Positions 26,497 through 38,292 of a stretch of 64,000 nucleotides of DNA are shown piece by piece. Location: the NCBI RefSeq assembly GCF_006345805.1, contig NC_042997.1:155496001-155560000 (forward strand), given 5' to 3'. Each line of letters starts with the position of its first letter. Within the stretch, counting starts at the first letter, position 1. Source of the stretch: Octopus sinensis (Eukaryota). The notes under the pieces are model-generated. The model saw nothing but the letters and a program-made list of their open reading frames with translations. It made no database searches and was not told the DNA's origin. A program made the position numbers and the translations under genes.

Positions 26497-27497
26497 AGTA
26501 AACTAATTTTTCTTTTTTTTTTCACTTATTAATGGTTAGAGGCTTGTAACGTCAACAGCATTTATTCCTAGACCTTTCTTCTTAGAAGTTCAACCATCAG
26601 GAATTCTGAAGTTCCGTCTTTGCACATATTTTTTATTCTTTTTGATCAGCAATTTTCATTAGTCTGGAGAAACTTGTAAAACTATGGACAATATCCCTTC
26701 CTCCAGAGGAAACCAATATAAAACAAGACGTAGTCATAGTTTTCAATTAAAGTTCCAATCATATCTATGATATTTCACAGAAATACTGGTTTCAAATTTT
26801 GACACAAGGCCAGCAATTTGTGTAGAGGGGGTAAGTTAATTACAGTGAACCCAGAACTCAACTAGTAGTTATTTTATCGACCCCGAAGGGATGAAAGGCA
26901 AAGTTGATCTCGGCGGTATTTGAGCTCAGAACGTGAAAACGGACGAAATGCTGCTAAGCTCGGTGTGCTAACGATTCTGCCGACTCCTAACAAACGAGAA
27001 ACAAAGTTAATTTTGGAGAGATTTGAGCACAGAACATCAAGAGCCATCTTAAAGTGGACTTTATTTTGTGATACAGTTTCAATTAGTAGTTCTATTTCAT
27101 ATCACTAATTTTTTTCGTTTAATCAATCTCACGCGAAAAACATTAGCGGAACAATTTTTATGCAATTTATAGCGTGATGTCATTGAGAAATAATCATATA
27201 TCTAGCAATTGGCTTTACTCACAACTGGGAAGCAGTAAAAACCGAGAAATTAATGATGTTGTGTGCTGGCATAATGTAATAAAGAGTGTTCAAACAAGGG
27301 AATTTAATTTATGATGCGAGGAAGAAACTAGTGTAATATTTCGGACACATGCTCTCCTTCGGAGGAAGAGATAGATATAGAGGTTTTATGATAATGACAA
27401 TATTTGACATACTAAGACAGCACAGAAATTATTGATCCGTAGTTTAGTTGAAAATCAGCGTAGCATGTTCGCGTAAAAAAAAAAAAATTAGATTACT

Positions 27498-27569
27498 AGG
27501 TTCTACCGAGATTTGAACTCGGATCGCTGGATTCAAAGTCCAGAGTGCTAACCATTACACCATAGAACC
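27498..27569 (-). tRNA. tRNA-Gln(TTG)
   Basis: Exact reverse complement of the intact gene. The A-run at ~27475-27487 gives the terminator. Confidence 0.97.
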
Positions 27570-28420
27570 TCACATTATCAGGTGGCAACATTTTATCTTA
27601 AAATTAAACTTTGAGTCACGGTGTATTATGAAGCAAAGAAAATTTTGATTCGTGAAATCTGTCCGTCTTCCACTTAACTTCCGGTTTGGTTCGCAAAACT
27701 TCCCACTCTCTCTGTCTCTTTCCGCTCTCTCTTTCTCCCCTCCTTCTTTCCCTCCCCTCTCTCTCTGCCCCCCCCCCCCCCATGTACGCATGTATTTATG
27801 TGCCCACAAGTGCATATGTATATAAATATGACAGTTGTATTGTCTGTCTGTCTGTCTGTCTATCTGTATGTATTGTATGTATGCACATATTTATGCATGT
27901 ATGTATGTACACAAATATACATTTCTCAACAGACATTTTGCTAATTTATTGACATAACTAGAGAAACGTGCCCCCGCCAACTTTGCTTTCTCATAACCGT
28001 CAGAAAAATCGATATTTTTTAATGAAATTTTCTACATAAACATTTCAGACTGTGTCAATGGAACGTAAAACTTTTTCAGGGTGGATGAAAGGAGTTTCGA
28101 ATTATTCACAAACTGCGATTTTATCTTCGCACAACTTTGAGTAAAATGGTTATATTTTAATGAAATTTTCACACGAATAACTGTCGTTATTATCAAAACA
28201 TGCAACGCTGATTTTCAACTAACCTACGGATCAATAATTTCTTTGCTGTCTTAGTATGTCAAATATTGTCATAATCATAAAACCTCTATATATGTCTATC
28301 TTCCTCCGAAGGAGAGCAAGTGTCCGAAATATTACACTTCTTTCTTCCTTGTATCATAAATTAAATTCCCTTGTTTGAACACTCTTTATTACTTTATACC
28401 AACACACAACATCATTAATT

Positions 28421-28563
28421 TAGTCGAGCAAATCGACCTCAGGACTTATTCTTTGTAAGCCTAGTACTTGTTCTATCGGTCTCTCTTGTCGAACCGCTAA
28501 GTAACGGAGACGTAAACACACCAACATCGGTTGTCAAACGATGTTGGGGAGACACACACACAA

Positions 28564-28633
<70 letters not shown>

Positions 28634-28794
28634 ATGGGCTTCTTTCAGTTTCAGTCTACCAAATCCACTCACAAGGCTTTGGTCGGCCCGAGGCTATAGT
28701 AGAGAACACCTACCAAAGGTGCCACGCAGTGGGACAGAACCCGGAACCAAGTGGTTGGTAAGCAAACTACTTACCACACAGCCACTCCTGCGCC
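28421..28794 (-). mobile_element. SINE family A
   Basis: Reverse complement of the family A head and body, in the spacer of the inverted repeat. Confidence 0.88.
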
Positions 28795-29760
28795 TTGTTA
28801 AAAAAAAGTAATTAAAAATTCTGTGGGCCTAACTGAACAGATGCGGGAAAATGGACTGGGGTCGATTCGTTCGACTAAGATCCTTCAAGGTGCCCCAGCA
28901 TGGCTGCAGTCTAATGACTGAAACAAGCAAAGGACAAAAGATAAAAGACAACTAATTCCTGAGGGGAAGTATGGAATAGACCCTTTTTTAACAACACCAT
29001 TGTAATCAACATCATCAAATTGTATGAAGAAACAAAGTCCAGATGCACGAAATAACCCCACCAGCATTTTTGCAAATTAAATTCAGATATAATCTTAATT
29101 TTCATCTACATCATATGAAAGGTATTCGTGTGAAAATTTCATTAAAATATACCCATTTTACTCAAAGGTGTGCGAAGATAAAATCGCAGTTTGTGAATAA
29201 TTCGAAACTCCTTTCATCCACCCTGAAAAAGTTTTACGTTCCATTGACACAGTCTGAAATGTTTATGTAGAAAATTTCATTAAAAAATATCGATTTTTCT
29301 GACGGTTATGAGAAAGCTAAGTCGGCGGGGGCACGTTTCTCTAGTTATGTCAATAAATTAGCTAAATGTCTGTTGAGAAATGTATATTTGTGTACATACA
29401 TACATGCATAAATATGTGCATACATACAATACATACATACATACATACATACATACATACATACATACATACATACATACATACAGATAGACAACTGTCA
29501 TATTCATATACATATGCACTTGTGGGCACATACATACATGCGTACATGGGGGGGGGCAGAGAGAGAGGGGAGGGAAAGAAGGAAGGGAGAGAGAGAAAGA
29601 GAGAGCGGAAAGAGACAGAGAGAGTGGGAAGATTTGCGAACCAAACCGGAAGTTAAGTGGAAGACGAACAGGTTTCACGAATCAAAATTTTCTTTGCTTC
29701 ATAATACACCGTGACTCAAAGTTTAATTTCAAGATAAAATGTTGCCACCTGATAATGTGA

Positions 29761-29832
29761 GGTTCTATGGTGTAATGGTTAGCACTCTGGACTTTGAATC
29801 CAGCGATCCGAGTTCAAATCTCGGTAGAACCT
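29761..29832 (+). tRNA. tRNA-Gln(TTG)
   Basis: Identical to the 23037 copy, with a long oligo-T downstream. Confidence 0.97.
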
Positions 29833-31195
29833 AGTAATCTAATTTTTTTTTTTTTTACGCGAACATGCTACGCTGATTTTCAACTAAACTACGGATCAAT
29901 AATTTCTTTGCTGTCTTAGTATGTCAAATATTGTCATAATCATAAAACCTCTATCTCTTCCTCCGAAGGAGAGCATGTGTCCGAAATATTACACTTCTTT
30001 CTTCCTCGTATTTTAAATTAAATTCCCTTGTTTGAACACTCTTTATTACTTTATGCCAGCACACAACATCATTAATTTGTCGGTTTTTACTTTTTCCCAG
30101 TTGTGAGTAAAGCTAATTGCTAGATATATGATTATTTGTCAATAACATCAGGCTATGAATTGCATAAGAATTGTTCCGCTAATGTTTTTCGCGTGAGATT
30201 GATTAAACGAAAAAGATTAGTGATATGAAATAGAACTACTAATTGAAACTGCATCACAAACTAAAGTCCACTTTAAGATGGCTCTTGATGTTCTGTGCTC
30301 AAATCTCTCTAAAGTTAACTTTGTTTCTCGTTTGTTAGGAGTCGGCAGAATCGTTAGCACACCGAGCTTAGCAGCATTTTGTCCGTCTTCATGTTCTGAG
30401 CTCAAATACCGCCGAGATCAACTTTAACTTTCATCCCTTCGGGGTCGATAAAATAACTACTAGTTGAGTTCTGGGTTCACTGTAATTAACTTACCCCCTC
30501 TACACAAATTGCTGGCCTTGTAACAAAATTTGAAACCAGTATTCCTATGAAATATCACAGATATGATTGGAACTTTAATTGAAAACTATGACTACGTCTT
30601 GTTTTATATTGGTTTCCTCTGGAGGAAGGGATATTGTCCATAGTTTTACAAGTTTCTCCAGACTAATGAAAATTGCTGATCAAAAAGAATAACAATATGT
30701 GCAAAGATGGAACTTCAGAATTCCAGATCGTTGAACTTCTAAGAAGAAAGGTCTAGGAATAAATGCTGTTGATGCTACAAGCCTCTAACCATTGAAAGTT
30801 TTGATAATTTCAGACAATAAAATCTATCCACTCTCTACAACACCGTCGTGTTTTTTTTCTTTTATGGTGACGGATATTTAAAAAGAAAAGAATTTAATGA
30901 AAAAAAAAAAAAACAATGATGAAATTATGAATATTTGCAGGGTTTTTTTTCTTTTTTCATTGGACCGTAATGAAAGAAAATGAACATTTCTTCCAGTCGC
31001 TTGAAGATTTATATTTTTATACAATTAGAATAATAATATTATTGCCATAGTCATAGGTCGTTCCTTGGTCGATTTTAAAGTGAGCTTTTAATCAATATTC
31101 GCTTTGCTTTCCGCAAGTATTTTAAATATCATATTTCGTCATACAAAATCATTGATTTTAAATTAATAGGCTGAAATCAAATGAAAAAGATACTT

Positions 31196-31267
31196 AGGTT
31201 CTACCGAGACTTGAACTCGGATCGCTGGATTCAGAGTCCAGAGTGCTAACCATTACACCATAAAACC
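31196..31267 (-). tRNA. tRNA-Gln(CTG)
   Basis: Anticodon loop CTCTGAA. U5:G wobble in the acceptor stem, T loop TTCAAGT, T5 terminator. Confidence 0.93.
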
Positions 31268-31365
31268 TCACTTGCTCAGGAGTGAACACTTAATCTTAAA
31301 ATAAATATCATGTCACGTGCCTTTGTTATTTTTGTTATAATATCAGTATGTAAGAGGGATTGGCC

Positions 31366-31636
31366 GGCGATGCTTCGGTATATGTACCGGTGTACTTTCG
31401 GAAATACCGGATACATTTTTAAAAAAGTGGTTTTTTTTATATATATGGGGGGGGGGGTAGGGGGGGGGAGAAAATGGTTTCTATTATCTTCAGAAATGTA
31501 AACAAAGTGACGTGTGTGCATATACCGAAGCTTCGCCACATACCCTAACCCTAACCCTAATCCCCTATATATAAAAAAAAAACCCCACTTTTTTTAAATG
31601 TATCCGGTACTTCTGGATACATACCGAAGCATCGCC
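31366..31636. mobile_element. MITE with GG..CC TIRs and 8-bp TSD GATTGGCC
   Basis: GGCGATGCTTCGGTAT / ATACCGAAGCATCGCC termini, internal (CCCTAA)3 and G-runs. Confidence 0.88.
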
Positions 31637-32167
31637 GATTGGCCGAATCATAATATCAGTATGTAAGAGTGGATTGGCCGAATCACCAGAAAATTAGAAA
31701 AACGCCACGTGTTATTTTATCTGTTCTACATCTTTACGCTCTGAGTTCAAATCCTGCTGTGGTAAAATTTGCCTTCATCCTTCCGACGATGATAAAACAG
31801 AGTACCAGTCAAGTACCAAAGTCGATATAACCGACAGTTTCCTTTCCATTAAATTCCTGTCGTTTTGCCTATTATAAATATTGTTATTATATTAAAAATA
31901 CAGTGGCTTTGTATCCAGTTAAAAGAAACCTGTACTACAGAGTTAAGAGTACAGAGGGAGTAGTACATTTTAATCGGGTTGTAAAGACCGGCATGTTAAA
32001 AATGTTTGATGACACACATGACTGACTCCATTAGAAAATAACATTTACTAATTGATATTGCTTCGCCACAGGTCACGTATCTGAACTGAATAGGCTTATG
32101 ATCAAATGTTTTCAATTTTTGACCATCTCGTCTTATTTATCAGATGTATCGTATCTAGACTTACATA

Positions 32168-32200
32168 CTAGCAGAGATACCCGGCGTTGCTCCCGTCATG
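32168..32200 (-). mobile_element. Helitron-type 3' terminus
   Basis: Reverse complement GCAACGCCGGGTATCTCTGCTAG|T, similar to the end at 54331-54353. Confidence 0.5.
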
Positions 32201-32832
32201 GAATTGAAGAATTAGACTGTTCTGTTATATTTTCTCTAACTCTTAATTGGAGATTAAGAATTTTAATGAGTGTTCTTTCCCTCTTTACACACACTAAAAA
32301 AAATTCTAATCATGACATATTTATCCCATACTACTCATCTTTATGCTCAGATTCCAAAATCCAAATCTTAGAAAACCTATTCAAAAGGCCTGAAATTTGT
32401 GGGGAGGGGACTAGTCGATTACATCGACCACAGTGTTTCACTGGTACTTACTTTATCGACCCCGAAAGGATGAAAGGCAAAGTCGATTTGAGGGTGATTT
32501 TGTTACAATTTCTTGCGGGTCGGTCAAGTTACTATGTTGATTAGATACCTCTTCGTTCCTTTTAGGTTTACAACATAAAATATTAGCTTCATGTACTGAT
32601 ACACGGTTATAAATACGTACTGGCTGCGATGTAGTAGATTTTAAATACAGAGAAAGTAAGGGACTGTCTTGATTTGAATTCTGGACGATGTATAATATAG
32701 TGTAGTTAGTGTTAATATCTTTAATGCTGTGAGCATTGAATACAAATGACTACATATCCAATAATTGCCTCCGTTTACCATAACGAAACAGTAGGAACAG
32801 CGAAACAGTAAAAAAAAAAAAACTAATCACTT

Positions 32833-32897
32833 TGGTTCTACCGAAATTCGAAATCAGATAGCTGAATTCAGTGTGCCAGCCATTACACCATAGAACG
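32833..32897 (-). pseudogene. tRNA-Gln pseudogene with 7-nt deletion
   Basis: Reverse complement GTTCTATGGTGTAATGGCTGGCACACTGAATTCAGC..TTCGAATTTCGGTAGAACC. Confidence 0.8.
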
Positions 32898-33079
32898 CCG
32901 CAGTTGACTGCTCTATTTTATCATCAAATAAAATATTGTCTGGTGTGTTTTTGAAGATGTTCGTTTGTCTTTCATCTTTCTTCGGACGATAAGTACTGGT
33001 GTTGATGTAATCGACTCTCGTATCCCTCCAGAGGAAACTAACGATGTGATGTATTCCCGAAATGCAATATAAATAGTTC

Positions 33080-34200
33080 AGACAGCAGAATATGTATTAT
33101 GAATCATCATCATGATCTCTTTGCTGATGCAGCCTGTCTTTGGGGTGTCACTCTCAACGCTTTTGCAATCAGCCGTCGCTACTGGGCTCTGTTCTCTTTC
33201 ATGCGTCACAGTATTGTAATATATCCAGTCATTGATGTCAAACCAGGATTTTTTCTGTCTCTTCTCTTTCACCCTCTCTCAACAGCTCCTTGAAGAAAGG
33301 TTTTGGACAGGGAGTTGTGGCGTGATACGTGACCGACTATACAAGCTTTCTTCTTATGCAAGGAGTGATTTTTATCTGTAAGCGTATTTGTTAACTTGAT
33401 GCGTTTTTGATGACTTACTGCCTGGCAAAACTGTTCGTTTTGTGCACTGTATATGGGATATGTAACAGCCTTCTGAAGCACTTGCGCTTCATTGCCTGCA
33501 TTAGTGTAAGAGTCCAGTTCTCACACTCAGAAGAATCGAAGTCACCTAAGACTTGTACACTCTTGGTCTTGTTGGAAAACTATTGGAATTGTTTTTTCAT
33601 ATGGTGTTCAGCTTTATCATGGCAGCAGAAGCTAAGAATCTTGTTATCTCGTTTCTGAGCTCTGCTGTCTTTTGTCAAAGTGAATCCTAAGTATTTAAAA
33701 GTGTCCACTTCGTCAAATCTTTCTCCATTCAGTATAATGATGGTTGCTGTGTTTTGATTGTTATTATTAACCAGTTTGTTGCTCTTTTCTAGGTTAATCT
33801 CCATCCAGTATGCTCCTGATACTTTTTCCAGTCTGGTAGTGAGCTCCTGTAGTCCTACTTCACTACTATCCTAACAAGTCAATATCATCAGCAAAGCGCA
33901 GGTTGGAAATGGGCAGACCTCCAACGGAAACACAGAGGTGGAAGCCTTGAAGTGTTTTTTGCATGATGTTCTCTAGGAAGATGTTGAAAAGCTTTGGAGA
34001 GAGGAGACATCCTTGTTGAACACCCACTGTTGTCCTGAAGAATTCTCCGATGCTGTTGTTCAGAACTCCACCGCTTGAGTTTTCATAGTGCTTAAGGTTG
34101 TTGTCGAAGTTGTAATTCTTCATCATCTGCCCCACCACATCGTGTCAAACACGATCAAAGGCCTTTTTGAAGTTGATGAAGTTGTGATAGAGGTTTTATG
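33080..34200 (-). mobile_element. RTE-type LINE reverse transcriptase fragment (disrupted)
   Basis: FINFKKAFDRV, GVQQGCLLSPKLFNIFLE, NLRFADDIDL, FKYLG motifs with stops and frameshifts. Confidence 0.88.
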
Positions 34201-34410
34201 GAGAGAAGAACAATAGAAGCATAACGTTTTGCTTCGGGGAAAGAGGAAAGTATAAGTTTTTCCAATAAGATGCAAAATCAAAATCATATCTAACACACTT
34301 TTATATAGAAAATAGTTATTTGTTCCTCAATCTAAAATCATTAAGATATACGACAAAGTGATAGTAAGAGTAGTCGTAATATGAACAGCAAGAAAAAATA
34401 TGTAGTGGAC

Positions 34411-34482
34411 AGGTTCTACCGAGATTCGAACTCGGATCGCTGGATTCAGAGTCCAGAGTGCTAACCATTACACCATAGAACC
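34411..34482 (-). tRNA. tRNA-Gln(CTG)
   Basis: Intact, anticodon CTG, T loop TTCGAAT, T6 terminator. Confidence 0.96.
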
Positions 34483-35910
34483 CCATATTTGTAGTTGGCC
34501 ATATTTTATCATAAAAATAAAATTTTATCGCAAGTGATTTTGAAGACGCTCATTTATCTTTCATCTTTCTGGGATCGATAAGTACTGCTGTCGACATAAT
34601 CGACGCTTGTATCTCTCCATATTTCTAGCTTGGTGCCTATGTAAGTAATTATTATTTTTATGTGTGTATATAATGTAACATAGTACTTTCTAAACTGTAA
34701 CCCTGTGTACAAAAGTCTTATCAATGTCTATAAAAGCTGTCTGAAGTCAACTCATTGTATAATATGCCTGAGTAATTTCCTCACTATAACTACTTGTTCA
34801 TCTCTTAGTATACTTGCCAATGTGGCCTCTATCCTACTCAAAGTAACCAAGCTGATCACTTTCAACATTATACTGCATAGGATTATACACTTTCAAATAC
34901 CACACTCTCTGAGTTCCTTCGCTTTTGGCATTGTAGTCATTGCACTAAGCTTCCAATCTTTAGGGAAACAAACACAGACACGTGCGCGCGCACACACACA
35001 TATACATATATAACGGGCTTCTTTCAGTTTCCGTCTATCAAATCCACTCACAAAGCTTTGGCCAGTCCGAGACTATAGTAGAAGACACCAGCCCAAGGTG
35101 CCATGCAGTGGGACTGAACCTGGAACCATGGGATTGGGAAGCAAGCTTCTTCCCACACAGCCACCCCTGGGTGCATTTCAGAAGGTTAGAGACTTTTTCA
35201 AGAGAGACATTTATTGATTTCAAAGTACAAAACTCTAAAATCTTCTTGGAAGTAGGATCCGCTGACTTCAATGCACTTATTGTTGCGCTCCTGCCACTTC
35301 ATGAGGGCCCCTGGAAGGTCTTCAAAGTGAAGGGGTCCAGGACTCTCATCACAACCTTTTTCCACTTTTCCTTCAACTTGGAAAACAACCAATTTCAAAG
35401 GGAGCAAGGTCTGGACGGTAGGATCGGTGAGGGACAGTCTTGTTGCCTATCTCTGTCAAGTTGATAGGCAGCAAAAGGTAGATTCGAGGCGCATTCCAGA
35501 TGTTTTGAGACTCTTTAGAAGGGGCTAAAACTGTTCTAGATTATTGCAATTTTAGCCTATCATTACTATATGCCCACCCATTAACTTTTGTTATTTCAGA
35601 TTGATGGAGATGGCTGTAACATTTTGAACACGTCCTTCGAAACGCTGCATATCACAATTGACTAGTTTGATCTCGTTTCACGGCACCAATTGGTGGATTT
35701 TTTTGTTTTTTGTTTTTTTTTTTAATGAACATTTTTATATGCGGTATTTACCGGAGTCGAAGATGCTATTCTTTTCCTGAAGCAATTTTCGAAAATATAT
35801 TGCGCGTCCTAAGAGGAAGAAAAAGACCGGAAAGAAGACTAGCACAACAAAGGTGGGATGATAATGAGAATAAAATAATTAAATTTCACATCTTCGTAAT
35901 CAGTGCAAAA

Positions 35911-35947
<37 letters not shown>

Positions 35948-36234
35948 GAGAGAGAGAGAAACAGAGAGAGACACACAGACAGAGACAGAGACAGAGAGAC
36001 AGCGACGAACACAGACAGACAGACACACATACACACACGCACACATAAACACACACAAATACGTACACACACACACTCACACACACACACACACATACAC
36101 ACACACACACACACACGCGCACACGCACACACACATAACCACAAACTGGCTCATATCGAAAACATAGATAAGGTGCAATCAACGATTGATGCGTTATCAA
36201 CAAGGACAGAGAGTGTTTTATTGAACAAAAAAAA

Positions 36235-36627
36235 CCGTAACTCTGAACAGTAAAACTAATAGAAAAAAAATGCAGACAACAGTTGATCAACACGATCTGT
36301 ATTGTATCCTAGTTGTAGTCCTTTGTATCTTCTCTTTTTCAAAGAGGAACAATTCTCTAAAACTTGTCTTTCTATTATTCAAACGCGGAAACCTATTCCC
36401 AATTCAGAAAACACGATAAATCAAAATAAAATATAAAAGATTTCCGTAGCATTGCAAGATAATAATAAAAAAAAAAGGAAAAAAGATTTCAGTAGCATTG
36501 CAAGATAATAAAAAAGGAAAAAAGATTTCACACACTCCACTACGATGTTTTATTTATAGCTATGCAACGTCTAGATCGTGTTGATCAACTGTCGTCTGCA
36601 TGTTATTTTATTGTCCAGAGAGACGGT
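36235..36627. mobile_element. MITE-like element with imperfect TIRs and internal direct repeats
   Basis: ATGCAGACAACAGTTGATCAACACGATCT is mirrored by AGATCGTGTTGATCAACTGTCGTCTGCAT. Internal repeat AAAAGATTTC(C/A)GTAGCATTGCAAGATAATA occurs twice. Confidence 0.6.
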
Positions 36628-36644
36628 AAGTTTTAACATAAGCC

Positions 36645-37527
36645 TTTCTACTATAGGCACAAGGCCAGAAATTTGTGGGGAGGGGACTAGCTGATTGCAT
36701 TGACCTCAGTGTTTCAATGGTACTTAATTTATCGATTCCGAAAGGATAAAAGGTAAAGTCGACCGCGGCGGAATTTGAACTCAGAACGTAGCGACGTGCG
36801 AAATACCTATTTTTTTTCTATCCACAAGGGACTAAACACAGAGGAGACAAACGGATTAAGTCGATTATATCGACCTCGGTGCGTAACTGGTACTTATTTA
36901 ATCGACCCCGAAAGGATGTAAGGCAAAGTCGACCTCGGCGGAATTTGAACTCAGAACGTAGTGACGTGCGAAATACCTATTTCTTTTCTATCCACAAGGG
37001 GCTAAACACAGAGGAGACAAACGGATTAAGTCGATTATATCGACCTCGGTGCGTAACTGGTACTTATTTAATCGACCCCGAAAGGATGTAAGGCAAAGTC
37101 GACCTCGGCGGAATTTGAACTCAGAACGTAGTGACGTGCGAAATACCTATTTCTTTTCTATCCACAAGGGGCTAAACACAGAGGAGACAAACGGATTAAG
37201 TCGATTATATCGACCTCGGTGCGTAACTGGTACTTATTTAATCGACCCCGAAAGAGTAAGGCAAGTCGACCTCGGCAGAATTGAACTCAGAACGTAGTGC
37301 GTGCGAAACACCTATTTCTTTTCTATCCACAAGGGGCTAAACACAGAGGAGCAAACGGATTAAGTCGATTATATCGACCTCGGTGCGTAACTGTACTTAT
37401 TTAATCGACCCCGAAGGATGTAAGCAAAGTCGACCTCGGCGGAATTTGAACTCAGAACGTAGTGACGTGCGAACACCGACAAGCATTTCGTCCAGCATGC
37501 TAACGATTCTGCCAGCTTGCCGCCTTA
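36645..37527 (-). repeat. Tandem array of SINE family B bodies, ~170 bp period
   Basis: One head at ~37475-37527, four body+tail units, then a fifth body with a different tail. Confidence 0.92.
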
Positions 37528-37989
37528 AGTTTTAGCACATAATAAGGCTGAGACTCCCATTCTAGGATCTCACACATGTTATGTGGTAAGGTGAAAAACT
37601 TCGATTATTTGACTTTATCCATGCAATTAGCTGACAAAACGTCCAGTAATTGTCATTAACTTATTAATCCAGCAGGCCGCCATTTTCGTCTTAAGTCTCT
37701 GGACACTTCCTTTATATATACACGTACGTATGTAAGTTTGTATGTGTATATATATTCGTTATGTGTGCGTGTCTTTATGTGTGTGCGTGCGTGTGTATAT
37801 GTGTGTGTGCGTGTGTGTATGTGTGCGTATGTGTTTTGTGCTCTATAACACTTGACAACCGGTGTTGTTTCTTTACGATCCAATATCTTAGCGGTTGGAT
37901 AAAAATGATCGATGGAATAAGTACTGAAGTCAATTTGTTCGACTAAAAAGCCGCAATCCAGTGACTGAAACGAATAATAAAAAAATCTT

Positions 37990-38200
37990 TTCTAGGCACA
38001 AGGCCCGAAATTTTGGAGCAGGGGGCCAGTCGATTAGATCGACCCCAGTGCGCAACTGGTACTTAATTTATCGACTCCGAAAGGATGAAAGGCAAAGTCG
38101 ACCTCGGAATTTGAACTCAGAACGTAAAGACAGACGAAACACCGGAATGCTAAAGGCATTTCAACCGGCATGCTAAAGTTTCTGCCAGCTCGTCGCCTAA
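37990..38200 (-). mobile_element. SINE family B
   Basis: Reverse complement of the head and GCCTTTCATCCTTTCGG core. Confidence 0.8.
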
Positions 38201-38225
38201 AATTATGATAATGATAATAATAATA

Positions 38226-38291
<66 letters not shown>

Positions 38292-38292
38292 T

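Larger units (their letters stand above)
26531..30793. repeat. Large inverted duplication, arms ~26531-28179 and ~29123-30793
   Basis: The arms are reverse complements at high identity. Each carries a tRNA-Gln and a decayed SINE B. Confidence 0.92.

Noticed and set aside
36760-37480. CRISPR-like regular repeats
   Set aside because: Whole 170-bp units repeat with no unique spacers. They are SINE-derived, in a eukaryotic context with no cas genes.
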